NCBI GenBank assembly: GCA_963712115.1 | Contig: CAVQGX010000018.1 | Span: 32,001-96,000, forward strand | Reading direction: 5' to 3' | DNA from: an uncultured delta proteobacterium | Lineage (GTDB): Bacteria > Desulfobacterota > Syntrophobacteria > BM002 | DNA: 64,000 nucleotides | In this document: positions 29,083-39,065 of the stretch, piece by piece | How the letters are laid out: every line of letters begins with the position of its first letter | Numbering within the stretch: position 1 is the first letter of the stretch | Translations under genes and position numbers: made by a program | Notes under the pieces: generated by a model | Database searches by the model: none | What the model saw: only the letters and a program-made list of their open reading frames with translations | Told to the model about the DNA's origin: nothing

Positions 29083-32000
29083 TCATTGCGCGCGGCGCCG
29101 CGCCTTTGTTGGATAGCTCAAATAAGTTTGCCGGTACCAGCGCACTGCAGAGTCGTATAGTTGACGCTGCGCCGGCGTGAGTCCTCTTATAAACCGATAG
29201 CGCAGTTTCTTCGGCATGAAGGCTAATGGGTGGCTGATTTTAATGGCCTGCCGCAAAGCCTTATAATTCCCGCCCAGGTCAAAATATTGCTTTTTGTACT
29301 TCTCAGCGAGCTTCTGATCACCGTATTTGAGTGCCTGCTTGTAGTAGTAAAGTGCATTGCTCCTGGCTGTGGGTGTGCCAATAGAAATGTCTTGACCTTG
29401 CTCCCGGAGGTATTCACCTGCCAAATGACGGATTGCATAGTACGAGGCTTCACCCGGATCCGTGCTGTAGGTGATCAGGTTAGTAAGGTCGTGAATCAGG
29501 CCCCTAGTTGGCTTACTCGCCAAGTGGCGGTAGGGCATATCCAGAGAAAGAGTCCGGGCGATATGTTCAGCGCGATCACGGATCGGTCTTGGCCGTGATA
29601 TGTCAGGCCAGAGTGATACTCCCGTTAGGATCTCGAGCAAACTGCGTTCCAGGGGTCTGGCGCCCAGAAGCACCCTGCGCAGAGGAGGCAGATCGAAAAA
29701 CTCACCCATGTCTGTGGGCATCCAACCCATTTCCTTTAGCTTTTGTGCCGGCGTACGCTCTTTGGTGATCACGTCCATGATATCGTGGGGGAGCTCACCG
29801 GCACCGAACCACTCGAGGGCATCGGATAGAGCGCCCTGGAATCTGAGCGTGATCAGGCTACCATCCTCACGGCGACCGAGGATCAGGTGCAGTTGACGCC
29901 TGCCTGCCTGTCTCAGTTTTCTTTCTTCATCAGGCCAGAACGTAGCATTGTAAAGCATGGCTGCGGCATAGAGCATACTGGCCTTGACAGCGAGTTTAGT
30001 GCCCTTCCAAGCTATTTTCTTGGCACCGACTCCCGCTATCCTGGCCTTACGGCCTTTTACCTCTCCTTCATGCGGCAGGTTTTTGATGAGCCGGACATAC
30101 CTGGGAGCGTTGATCTCCATCCACGACCAAAAATAGATTAAGTGCTTGCGAAGCCATTGACCCGCCTCGGACACTGCTCCGTAATCACCTATCAGTTCCC
30201 GGGCGAGTTTTGCGGCTTTGTCGTCTCTATTCTTGATAGCGTCTATTTCGCTCTTTTTTGAAGCTCCATAGAGATTCTTGCCCTTGGCGAGCTCTGTCTT
30301 GAAATGACGGTAGGCAGCGAGTCGAAGGACGTTCTCGCGCCACATTGTAAAGTCTTTGATGTTCTTCCACCTCGCGCGGATCCAGTTCGGCTCTTCGCCG
30401 GCAATCAACTTGAAAAGGCCTTCTTCAGTGATATCCGGGATCTCGCGTACAGTAAAACCGGATCCAACGACACCCTTGCGGAGTGCCGTACGCAACTCGG
30501 GTGTCATCTCCTTGCCTTTAAGCTGCCAGGCCCATAAATCATTGGCTGCGTCTTTGACATATTTAAGAATCTTTGGGTCATAGGCCAGCGTGATATCCAA
30601 GTCGCCGCTAAGGTTGTTGATGTTGTATTTCACCACCCGGAATGGATTAAGGAGGATCCACTGTTTCCAGGAAGTACCGATCGCTCTTGATGCCTTTGCA
30701 AACGGCCCCTGATCCGGGAAATCCCGGAAGTTGTCTAGTGTATCGGCTAATCTTGTTGGAATGACCCATTGAGTTTTTGGTCGTCTTGCCAGCACACGTC
30801 GAACGTCCGGATCTTCTAAGGATTTTTCACCAGCTTGCACCCGTTCGAGCACTTTGTCAGTAATGCTATTTACAAAATAAAATCTAGGGTGCCTGTCGGG
30901 GCTCCATGGTCGATAATCCTCCGGTTTCATGTGTTCCCACGTTTTGAACTTATTTCCCAATTCCTCTTTAACCATTGCATTTCTGCCAGCAATGGCCTTG
31001 AAAATCGTAGCGGCCTGCATGGATCCAGGGCCGCCGTCTTTGACAAGCCACCCAAGGAATTTAAACCAATTCTCATGATTGGATCCCGGCCTGGTCCACA
31101 TTTCAGGATCTTCGGGGTAATCCTCCTTGTCAGCTAGGTACTGCTCCCAGGAGTCAGCCAGGTCCTCGATAACATCGTCATAGCCGGGACCATCGAGCTC
31201 GCCATCGTAGGCCATCTTTGCGAGCTTATTGTTGGACATGGCAATGCGTTGCTTATACCCGCGAAAAGGATCAACGTAGTCTTCATCCCCAGGTACCGGA
31301 GTGCTACCGTCTTTACGAGCAGGATTGGCCTGCTTGATTACTTCACGGTAATTCCACGCTTTGGCCTCGGACTCCAACTCTCCCCTGATATCGGCTTCGG
31401 CTTGAAGCTTGTCCAGGGTATGAACGGTTTCCAACTGCGCGAGTCCCTGGGCGATCACAACAAATTCAGACTGGAGATATTCAGTGTTGAAGTCTTTGAC
31501 TGATCCTACCCTCGCGATCTGCCAGCCTTTCCTCGAGAGCCTTACATCAGCGGTGGAAGTTCCAGGAGTCAACCGCCCCATGGCCATGTATTCAAGCACC
31601 TGATGATGGTAATAGGCATCGTTTTCTAAAACTTCTTCATGGAGTAGGTTGTTTTCAACGAGTTCCTCGCGTAGCCGGCGCATAAGCTGCTGGCGAGTCT
31701 CCAATGCCGTGCGAATGTATTCGCTTTGCGCTGCGGCTCCTTTGAATTTGCCGAGGTCGGCTATCACTTCCGCACGGTTCTTGTAACCAAAAGGAAGAAC
31801 TTCTTTCTCCTCGAACATGCCGCGATCGATATCACGCAGGAGATCCGGCAGGATGATATTGCGAGTGAAGACGTCATATTCCCAATTGGCAAGATTGCCG
31901 GTAATTTTTTTAAGTGCATGCAGCGCGGTAGCCTGAGAGTATTCGGGTACGGTTAAGTACTGTCTCAAGATATCGATTAAGCGTCCGTCTGTTTTCGGAT

Positions 32001-33669
32001 CCAGCTTGGGGAAAAGGCGCGAGATGCTGTGGTAAGCTTTGGTCACAGACTGGCGCAGCTGCATACTCACATTGGGCCTGGGGATCCCCTTAGCTTCATT
32101 CCAGCGACGCTCAACTTCTTCACTGGAACTTTTAAGATCGATACCCTTGGGAGGGGGTCTTACTGGTGCTTTTTTCCTTTTAAGTAACTCGTCGAGCTTT
32201 AGGCCTCCGGGAGGGATCATTTTCGAGATTTGGCCTTTAATGCTGGCCTTCTTTTTCTGGCCTCGCTCAATAGAGATGGCACCGGTTTCACTTCTTAAGA
32301 TTTGCTTTCCTTCGCGGAATAATCTCAAGGCGAGATGCCTAACCTTAGTCCAAACGTCATCCAAAGCTTGTTTTAGCTGCTGATTGAAAGTTTGATATTT
32401 AGTGTGTCCCTGGCGAATCAAATGCTTACTAACGGTCAACAAGTCAGCATATACCCTGGGTCCTTCCTTCATTTGAGTTGAAAAGGATCCTCGCTCGCTT
32501 CGTAGGGATTTGACCACTCGGCCTCGTGCCTCTTCATAGTCTTGCAAGGTTTGCAGGGCATCCCGGTAACCTTTGACCTGCCTTCTATTGAAATCAGGAT
32601 AACGCTCTTGGATCTTCGCATTGCGCTCTCGAACACTTTTTAACTGCAGAATGTCAAGGTCCTCTGTCTTTGCTTCAGGAATTTGCGGTGCTGGCCTTTT
32701 CCCTTTCGCTAGCCTCAGTTCATCTACACCATAGAGCTCCGGTGACTCTTTGTCTTCAACCAATATGTGCCTGGATTGTGGCCCTATTTCCTCGGTCGGC
32801 GCCACGATTACTCCCGGGCCGTCCGGCGTCTCGACTCGATCACCAACAGCGAAAAGTGGCTTTCCCACGGCTTCGGGCTTTGACGCCCTGACAGCTTCCA
32901 TTTCGATCTCTGCGGCGTTTTCTAGACCCTCAAGGGTTTCCGGATAAACGGATGGTTCGACGTCAGGTTCAGATTGTTGTTTCTCTGTGGTTTCGCTAGG
33001 TTCTACGTCGATTGCTTCGCCTTCGGCACGTCCCTCCAATATTTCATCTAATTCTTTGCCAACGAAAGGATGGCCCTCTTCGACCTCCCTTTCGAGATCC
33101 TCAACTGTTCTTGCTTCTGGGACTGGCTGCGCTGGCGCTTCAGCTTCAGGTGCTATCGCTTCTGCGCCTCGATGGATAACCAAACCACCACCGGCAGCTA
33201 TGCCGCCCAGGGTGCCGCCGATCGCTCCGGAATAAGCAGCACGTTTGGTTGTTTCCGCAAACTGATCAAAGAATGTCTCGACCTTTTCAACTGCACTTTT
33301 ATCCGGATTCTCCGCGAAGATAGTAGTTGCTGCGTCTGGATATTCCTGAATGAATTCGGTAATGGCCTCACGCCCCATGGCTTCGCCCAGAGCTTTCAGC
33401 TTGCCGATCAGGACCTTTTGCGGCTTCCAGAACTTTAGTGCCCCTTCAAGACCTACCTGCTCGAGCGGGACTTGCATCACAGCATTGGCAAAAGATGATG
33501 CAAAAGCACGCTTGGGATCCACTCCTTGAGATACGAGATTTTCGTACTGGCCACCCATGATCTGAGCGCCGATCATGGACATGCTTGCGATGCTTCCAGC
33601 TCGCCGTGCAATTTGCTCTGCCACTTCTTTGGTGATCTCGCGCCGTGCGAGCTTTGCACCTATCTTCAA
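29083..33669 (-). CDS. Giant phage internal-virion/ejection-like or large polyvalent protein (N-terminus extends to ~34310 through frameshifts)
   Basis: 1528-aa open frame; Gly/Ala-rich hydrophobic helices near the N-terminus; C-terminal RLAAY...AAKLARELIGDY...WLRKHLIYFWSW reminiscent of LPD38/podovirus internal proteins. The family call is an inference. Confidence 0.65.
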   Translation of the reverse strand: MKIGAKLARREITKEVAEQIARRAGSIASMSMIGAQIMGGQYENLVSQGVDPKRAFASSFANAVMQVPLEQVGLEGALKFWKPQKVLIGKLKALGEAMGREAITEFIQEYPDAATTIFAENPDKSAVEKVETFFDQFAETTKRAAYSGAIGGTLGGIAAGGGLVIHRGAEAIAPEAEAPAQPVPEARTVEDLEREVEEGHPFVGKELDEILEGRAEGEAIDVEPSETTEKQQSEPDVEPSVYPETLEGLENAAEIEMEAVRASKPEAVGKPLFAVGDRVETPDGPGVIVAPTEEIGPQSRHILVEDKESPELYGVDELRLAKGKRPAPQIPEAKTEDLDILQLKSVRERNAKIQERYPDFNRRQVKGYRDALQTLQDYEEARGRVVKSLRSERGSFSTQMKEGPRVYADLLTVSKHLIRQGHTKYQTFNQQLKQALDDVWTKVRHLALRLFREGKQILRSETGAISIERGQKKKASIKGQISKMIPPGGLKLDELLKRKKAPVRPPPKGIDLKSSSEEVERRWNEAKGIPRPNVSMQLRQSVTKAYHSISRLFPKLDPKTDGRLIDILRQYLTVPEYSQATALHALKKITGNLANWEYDVFTRNIILPDLLRDIDRGMFEEKEVLPFGYKNRAEVIADLGKFKGAAAQSEYIRTALETRQQLMRRLREELVENNLLHEEVLENDAYYHHQVLEYMAMGRLTPGTSTADVRLSRKGWQIARVGSVKDFNTEYLQSEFVVIAQGLAQLETVHTLDKLQAEADIRGELESEAKAWNYREVIKQANPARKDGSTPVPGDEDYVDPFRGYKQRIAMSNNKLAKMAYDGELDGPGYDDVIEDLADSWEQYLADKEDYPEDPEMWTRPGSNHENWFKFLGWLVKDGGPGSMQAATIFKAIAGRNAMVKEELGNKFKTWEHMKPEDYRPWSPDRHPRFYFVNSITDKVLERVQAGEKSLEDPDVRRVLARRPKTQWVIPTRLADTLDNFRDFPDQGPFAKASRAIGTSWKQWILLNPFRVVKYNINNLSGDLDITLAYDPKILKYVKDAANDLWAWQLKGKEMTPELRTALRKGVVGSGFTVREIPDITEEGLFKLIAGEEPNWIRARWKNIKDFTMWRENVLRLAAYRHFKTELAKGKNLYGASKKSEIDAIKNRDDKAAKLARELIGDYGAVSEAGQWLRKHLIYFWSWMEINAPRYVRLIKNLPHEGEVKGRKARIAGVGAKKIAWKGTKLAVKASMLYAAAMLYNATFWPDEERKLRQAGRRQLHLILGRREDGSLITLRFQGALSDALEWFGAGELPHDIMDVITKERTPAQKLKEMGWMPTDMGEFFDLPPLRRVLLGARPLERSLLEILTGVSLWPDISRPRPIRDRAEHIARTLSLDMPYRHLASKPTRGLIHDLTNLITYSTDPGEASYYAIRHLAGEYLREQGQDISIGTPTARSNALYYYKQALKYGDQKLAEKYKKQYFDLGGNYKALRQAIKISHPLAFMPKKLRYRFIRGLTPAQRQLYDSAVRWYRQTYLSYPTKARRRAQ

Positions 33670-34319
33670 GCCTTTTTTGGTCAGGCCGACTGCGGTAAGA
33701 AATGAAGCTATTTGCGTTCCATATTGAGGGGCTGACCTTAATTACGTCCTCCCAAAAGCCAGCTGATTTCCCTTCGTATTCAGGCGAAACTGCCAGTTCA
33801 GGCCGTTCCGCGATCGACTGGACGGCATCTGCCATTCTGTTTGAGCGTTTCTCCTTGAAGTTCCAGATTCATCCATTCAGGGCGATGAGTCATTAAGCCC
33901 CCTCCAGGGCGAGCCCCTGGTGCTAATTCCTCTGCCCATCTCTGCCAGTTCACCGTATGCTCGTAAGTGGTGCTTCAATGCCTTTCAGAGCGCTTCGGGC
34001 AACATCTTTAGTCCCTTGCCAGAGTGCTCCACCGAGTCGGCCAAGGGAATATTCCGGCCATCTTCTTCGGCAGCCACTATTCCTTGCTTGTGGACCTCGC
34101 AAATAGCGAGACAGAAGGCTTTGTTCCTCCTATTCGACTTGAGTCTTCAAGGTCATCTAGCGCTATTTCCGAGCCCAGTGGACTTCAGAATTGATTTTGC
34201 AACCTCTGAGGTAGCTCTAGTCCTGGAGGTTAATTTCAAGATGTCGATCTCAAGAGTAAGCATCCTGATGATCGGTATGGTCCTTTTTGGATTGTTTCTT
34301 TCGTTAACACCCGTAGCCA

Positions 34320-35006
34320 CCTTCTCCCTTAACTCCCCATCCCCACTCATCGGTAGCTGTCTTTATCCTACCTTCTTCAACCGGCATTAGACCGAGCAGG
34401 CTCAAGGCAAGATCCAAATAGGGACTGTATTCGGGTTGGGTCCTCAACCATTCTTGAAATGTTGCCGTAAGGCTCTTGTTCTTCGATGCCGCGCTGCATC
34501 TCACCAACTTGCCGCCATTACCTGTGGCAGTTCCAAGGTGGCAAAGCGTTCATAGGCATCGTATTTCTCAGCACCGATCATGCTTTCTTCTGCGCTTCGT
34601 GTCTTTTTAAGATCAAGCTGTGATTTGACCATATCGCTTGAATGTTGAAGGCCCATGCTTGCCATTTTGCGATCCGAGCAGGGATTCTTCTTCTTCCCAT
34701 GCAGGTGCTAAAAATTCGCGTCTTGCACCGAGGAAGTCTTTGACCCGATCTTTCCAGTCTTCAGGGCCGCCGAATTTTAGTCCCCCCAGCTGTTTAAAGG
34801 CTTTTGTTTGCAAAGCACTAGGGCCGCTGGTTCCAGGTAATTTACCGCTCATAAGGTGTTGCACCCTTGCCGATCAAAGGCGTGAGGTAGCCAGCAAACT
34901 CTTTTGACAACTCTCGCTGTTCTTTTGTCCATCGTTTTATGTCTTTGTCGGTTTTGGATTTGCCGTGCTGCTCCTCGTACCAACCTGTTAGACTTCCTCC
35001 GAACAT
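34320..35006 (-). pseudogene. Frameshifted ~230-aa gene, small ejection-protein-like
   Basis: AAGGAGG RBS, MFGGSLTGW...; fragments 34613-34864 and 34304-34507 join by frameshifts. Confidence 0.45.
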
Positions 35007-35180
35007 GGCTATTCCTCCTTTATTTCTAGGATTTCTCTTGCTTTCGACGAAATGCGTTCTGACATTGGCTTCTCGCCCTTAAGGATTCGAGAAACGAACG
35101 ACTGCGAAACTGCGAAGTTGTGCAAATTTATTGATGCTCATATCCCGACGTTTGAGCTCACTTCTTTAGTTGCTCTGCAG

Positions 35181-35378
35181 TCACCAGCAAACCCGTCTCT
35201 GGTTTTCGCCGGCAACTTGGTCGTAACTTTCCTCGTTGGTGGCTGTCAGCTCTTCACCGGGATCCGGATGCTCTTCTTCCTTTTCTCTCTGGGATTTGCA
35301 AGAAATGCAGCCACGTCTTTTTCGCGGTATGTTAAAAAGTGCGGGTGTAGCTCCTGAACTCGTCCAGTAATCGTCCAT
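35181..35378 (-). CDS. Hypothetical element protein (possibly frameshifted)
   Basis: Overlapping ORF fragments between 35006 and 35403. Confidence 0.35.
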   Translation of the reverse strand: MDDYWTSSGATPALFNIPRKRRGCISCKSQREKEEEHPDPGEELTATNEESYDQVAGENQRRVCW

Positions 35379-35402
35379 TCATTGTCACCCTCGACTATTC
35401 GC

Positions 35403-35819
35403 TCAGTTAAAGCGCGAAGAATTTCCACCTTCTTTTGGTGTCGGTTTGTTCTGTTGCAGGTGGGCACTGGCCTGGTTTTGCCGTAGCTCGAGTATAGGAA
35501 GAGTAAGGCCGCACTCAAAAATGGACTGGCGCAAGATAGAAATTTGCTGTCGGCATTCCTCAACGTCGGCGTTATCCACCTCGCCTAGAATTTGGGCAGC
35601 CAAAATGTCGGGGAAGGAGAGTTGAGCGGTTTCAAGTTTTTTCTGCATCTCAATCATTTTGTTTTGCACCTGGAAAGTTGCAGCGGCAATTTGGGTCGCT
35701 TTCTCATCAATCTGTTTGACCGCTTGGTCGGCTTTTTGGAATAGTTGGTCGATAATTAATTGCATAGTTTTCCTCTCCTCCCAATCTCTCTGCATTTCGT
35801 TCGTAGTAACATTCGCCAT
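35403..35819 (-). CDS. Coiled-coil hypothetical protein
   Basis: 138 aa, Q/E/A-rich heptads. Confidence 0.6.
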   Translation of the reverse strand: MANVTTNEMQRDWEERKTMQLIIDQLFQKADQAVKQIDEKATQIAAATFQVQNKMIEMQKKLETAQLSFPDILAAQILGEVDNADVEECRQQISILRQSIFECGLTLPILELRQNQASAHLQQNKPTPKEGGNSSRFN

Positions 35820-35841
35820 CGAGCACTTCTTATGACCTAAA

Positions 35842-36771
35842 TTAAAAATCGATATCTAGCACCTTAGGAAGGCTATCTTCCACATCAGGTATTTGTCCAT
35901 ATAAGGCATTCGTATCCGTCTCCTGGGGCTCGTATTTTTCGTTCATTGATTTTTGCATCTGCTGAAACCTATTCCGGGCAATAGCTTTTACGTATCCGGT
36001 CACGTTTTGCTTGTTAAAAGAGAATTTCTTGTCTGCTGCTCTTTCTAAAGTAACCTCAAGCGCAGCGCACAGGCACTCAGCACAAGTTTCACCGCATAGA
36101 GCTATCAACTCGTTTAAGATCGTCTGTACTCGTCGACTGCTAATGGTTTGGGTTTTGTTCTCAAGTCGGGCTTTATCGAGAAAAGAGATTATTAGCTTTT
36201 GGGTTTTTTCTGATTGCTCACAAAAATCAGGTAGGGAAATGAGAAGACCGTTTAGGTCTTCGAGTTTTCCACAAGATATATTCTTTATAATTTTTTTACA
36301 TTCTTGTTTGTGTCCAGCAACCGTTACCTTACCGTTACTTTCATCGTTACTTTCATCCCCCAACCTTCCTTGATAAGTAGGCCAATTTGCTATGGTTATT
36401 AGCGTAAATGAACCGTTACTTTTAAGGCGTTGTTCGTGAGGCGATTGTGAGTTCATTGTGAGGACGGTCTTTTCGATTACAATCATTCCCTGGGACTCAA
36501 ACCACTTCAGAATGACGCGAATAGTTTTTTTGTTCGGTTTCTTTTTGACATGTCTTTGGTAGTGGCTTACCCCTTCAGCAATCTTATCCATAGAGGTCAG
36601 TACCTGGCCTGTCTTTACAATAACAATGCCTGTTTTCCCCATAGATACTCGGCACCCCTTATGATTCGCCTTCCAAAGCAACCAAGTCCACACACGGTGA
36701 TAAAGTGGGGGCATTCTCCAGACCATAGAGTCCTCTGTTTTTCTCCAACTTTTGACGTAACCTCTATGCAT
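35842..36771 (-). CDS. Phage replication initiator / replisome organiser-like protein
   Basis: MHRGYVKSWRK...W.WLLWKANH...GQVLTS...FTLITIANWPTYQ; next to DnaB; internal iteron-like repeats. Confidence 0.75.
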   Translation of the reverse strand: MHRGYVKSWRKTEDSMVWRMPPLYHRVWTWLLWKANHKGCRVSMGKTGIVIVKTGQVLTSMDKIAEGVSHYQRHVKKKPNKKTIRVILKWFESQGMIVIEKTVLTMNSQSPHEQRLKSNGSFTLITIANWPTYQGRLGDESNDESNGKVTVAGHKQECKKIIKNISCGKLEDLNGLLISLPDFCEQSEKTQKLIISFLDKARLENKTQTISSRRVQTILNELIALCGETCAECLCAALEVTLERAADKKFSFNKQNVTGYVKAIARNRFQQMQKSMNEKYEPQETDTNALYGQIPDVEDSLPKVLDIDF

Positions 36772-36991
36772 CCTCATCACCTCCAAACCGGGCGGCATAG
36801 AGATCTTGGATTTGCTCAATCATCTCGTTTTCATCACCATCAAAAGTAATCTGGCCGTTTTCGTCAGCGAGCTCACAGAGAAGTCGAAAGAGCTTGACCC
36901 CTTCTTCACCCATTTCACGGCGAATTCGCTTCACCAGCTTTTTGGGGATTACAACATCACCCTGCAGTTTCTTGATCTGTAATTTACTCAT
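36764..36991 (-). CDS. Hypothetical element protein
   Basis: Start overlaps the dnaB end; MSKLQIKK... Confidence 0.55.
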   Translation of the reverse strand: MSKLQIKKLQGDVVIPKKLVKRIRREMGEEGVKLFRLLCELADENGQITFDGDENEMIEQIQDLYAARFGGDEDA

Positions 36992-38327
36992 GTGCTCGAT
37001 CTTCAAACCTTGTATATTGAGCTTGCCAAACAAGGCTAACTGTACCTGTAGGTCCTTTCCGATTTTTCGCTATGTTCACTTCAGCTAGGCCGGCATGTCC
37101 TTTCGTGCATTCGCTTTTTTTGCCCTTGGCACAAAACTGGCAGTAATGTTGGTCTTGATAGAGAAGTAATACCAAGTCTGCATCTTGTTCAATATCCCCA
37201 GATTCACGCAGATCTGAAAGAAGAGGTCGCTTATTTTCTCGAGACTCGCATGAACGATTAAGCTGGCTCAGAAGCAGTACCGGCACTTTTAACTCACGCG
37301 CTAACGCCTTCATGGTTCTGGTCGTTTCCCCTATTTCCAGATACCTCTGTTTTTCTCGCCTGTCCGATCTGATCAATTGCAAGTAATCAATCGTGACCAG
37401 GGCAAGTCCTTTCATCCTCGCCTTTGCTTGACGGGCGAGAAATCGTATCTGTTGAGCGGTTAATGATGGTGAATCGTTGGCAAGGATGGGGAGTTCCGCC
37501 AGGTCGCCGGCTGCGTGCACAAGTCGAGTCCAGTCCTCCGCCTTGAGGTGCCCACTCTGGATCAACTGCGAGGGTATCTTGGCTCGGCTGCTAAGGGATC
37601 TATCGGCCAACGAATCAGCATCCATTTCCAGAGTGAAGATCGCCACGGGGCCTGCTTGCGCAACGTGTTCGGCTATTTGCTGAGCTATGGCGCTTTTGCC
37701 CATGCTCGGACGGCCTGCCAGCACGATAAGATCTCCATCTTGCAAACCGTTAGTCAATTTATTTAAGCCAACAAAAGGAGTAGGAGCGCCGCTTACATAA
37801 TTAGGGTGCTTGGTGCGAGCCTCTATCCGACGGATTCCGTCTTTCACAAGAGTACGCATGTCTGTGAAATGGGTGTTGGTCCCACAATATTCGACGTTTG
37901 TCAGTTCTGACGAAATTCGAGCTATGACCTCTTCGATCGGCTGCTCTTCATCAGTAACCATCTCCATGGCACCATGAAGCAGAGAGATTGTTGATCGTCG
38001 TACTGCTTTCTCCTTGATGATCCTGGCATAGTTTGCGAGTGATTCACTGGTAAGGCTGGGAGTGAGATCCATTAGGTGGGCGATGTAAGAGGCTCCTCCT
38101 ACATCGTCAAGTTTTTTCCTCTCACGCAGAGCATTGTTGAGGCTTACAGAGTCAATCGGTTCGCCTTGGGCGTCTAACCCCAGCATAGTGCTGAATATGA
38201 CACGGTGAGCTCCCCGGTAGAACCATTCTGGCCGGATCTCAACATCAGGGGGAATGGCGCCTGAAAGGAGGATTCCGCCAATCAGTGAAGATTCTGCGTC
38301 AAGATTATGTGGTGGGACTCTCTGCAT
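36984..38327 (-). CDS. dnaB: Replicative DNA helicase DnaB (element-encoded)
   Basis: PPHNLDAE, AGRPSMGKS, IDYLQL, LSQLNR, LSDLRESGDIEQDAD, AKNRKGPTG. Confidence 0.93.
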   Translation of the reverse strand: MQRVPPHNLDAESSLIGGILLSGAIPPDVEIRPEWFYRGAHRVIFSTMLGLDAQGEPIDSVSLNNALRERKKLDDVGGASYIAHLMDLTPSLTSESLANYARIIKEKAVRRSTISLLHGAMEMVTDEEQPIEEVIARISSELTNVEYCGTNTHFTDMRTLVKDGIRRIEARTKHPNYVSGAPTPFVGLNKLTNGLQDGDLIVLAGRPSMGKSAIAQQIAEHVAQAGPVAIFTLEMDADSLADRSLSSRAKIPSQLIQSGHLKAEDWTRLVHAAGDLAELPILANDSPSLTAQQIRFLARQAKARMKGLALVTIDYLQLIRSDRREKQRYLEIGETTRTMKALARELKVPVLLLSQLNRSCESRENKRPLLSDLRESGDIEQDADLVLLLYQDQHYCQFCAKGKKSECTKGHAGLAEVNIAKNRKGPTGTVSLVWQAQYTRFEDRAHE

Positions 38328-38457
38328 TGCTTGTTTCCTCGTCGGTCTTGGAGAGACGGTCAATAATCTCGTCGATCTCTCGTAGTTGAGTGTTCACTTC
38401 ATCGCGGAGATCCAATAAAGCCGCACGTTTTCCGCGCCAAAAGTCGATATCGCTCAC
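38305..38457 (-). CDS. 50-aa coiled-coil hypothetical protein (not in the ORF track)
   Basis: GTG start, SDIDFWRGKRAALLDLRDEVNTQLREIDEII...; fills the gap between xis and dnaB. Confidence 0.5.
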   Translation of the reverse strand: MSDIDFWRGKRAALLDLRDEVNTQLREIDEIIDRLSKTDEETSNAESPTT

Positions 38458-38480
38458 AGCATTCCCTTCGAGTTAAGGGT

Positions 38481-38729
38481 TTAAAGATCCGAAAGAACGT
38501 CTTCGACAATTGCATCAACCTGGCTGCCGTTCACGCGGAACTTCTCCAGCCATGCATCAATATCGCCATAGGCCACCAGAATGGTTCCCGAAGACAAGCG
38601 GAAGTGGGAGAGCCCATCTTTGAGCCAATCACGGAAGGTGCGGATACTCACGCCAGCATACTTGGCTACCGGACCGATCTTGGCGTATCCACGAAGGTCT
38701 GATGTCCTATCTGTGCACCCCAGATTCAT
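38481..38729 (-). CDS. Excisionase/AlpA-like HTH protein
   Basis: VAKYAGVSIRTFRDWLKDGL...IDAWLE. Confidence 0.8.
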   Translation of the reverse strand: MNLGCTDRTSDLRGYAKIGPVAKYAGVSIRTFRDWLKDGLSHFRLSSGTILVAYGDIDAWLEKFRVNGSQVDAIVEDVLSDL

Positions 38730-38904
38730 TTTGACAATCCTGCCTATTAGCCCAGCCGTGGTCGCGCCAATTTATGCCCTGCTCCTGCAAATGACGCTGG
38801 ACAGCCTGTCGAACTTCCACAGATACTGATGAAAGATTTCGCCTGGCAGCTTCGCGCAACGCCGTCACCAAGCTCTCGTCAGCTTTGACCGAAATAAGTG
38901 CCAT
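38707..38904 (-). CDS. Ribbon-helix-helix (CopG/Arc-like) regulator
   Basis: ISVKADESLVTALREAARRNLSSVSVEVRQAV; AGGAGG RBS. Confidence 0.72.
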   Translation of the reverse strand: MALISVKADESLVTALREAARRNLSSVSVEVRQAVQRHLQEQGINWRDHGWANRQDCQNESGVHR

Positions 38905-39065
38905 AGTCTTTAGCCTCCTAAAAACATCTGCGCGGTCATTGTGCCTCTTTGGGAAGTTGGTTTGTGCTTGGAACTATCTTAAATTATTTTGAGTATGACG
39001 ATACACCACCACGTCATAGCCTTGCAAAATGGGCAAATTTAAAAAATTTCTGAACAGAGTTGTTT

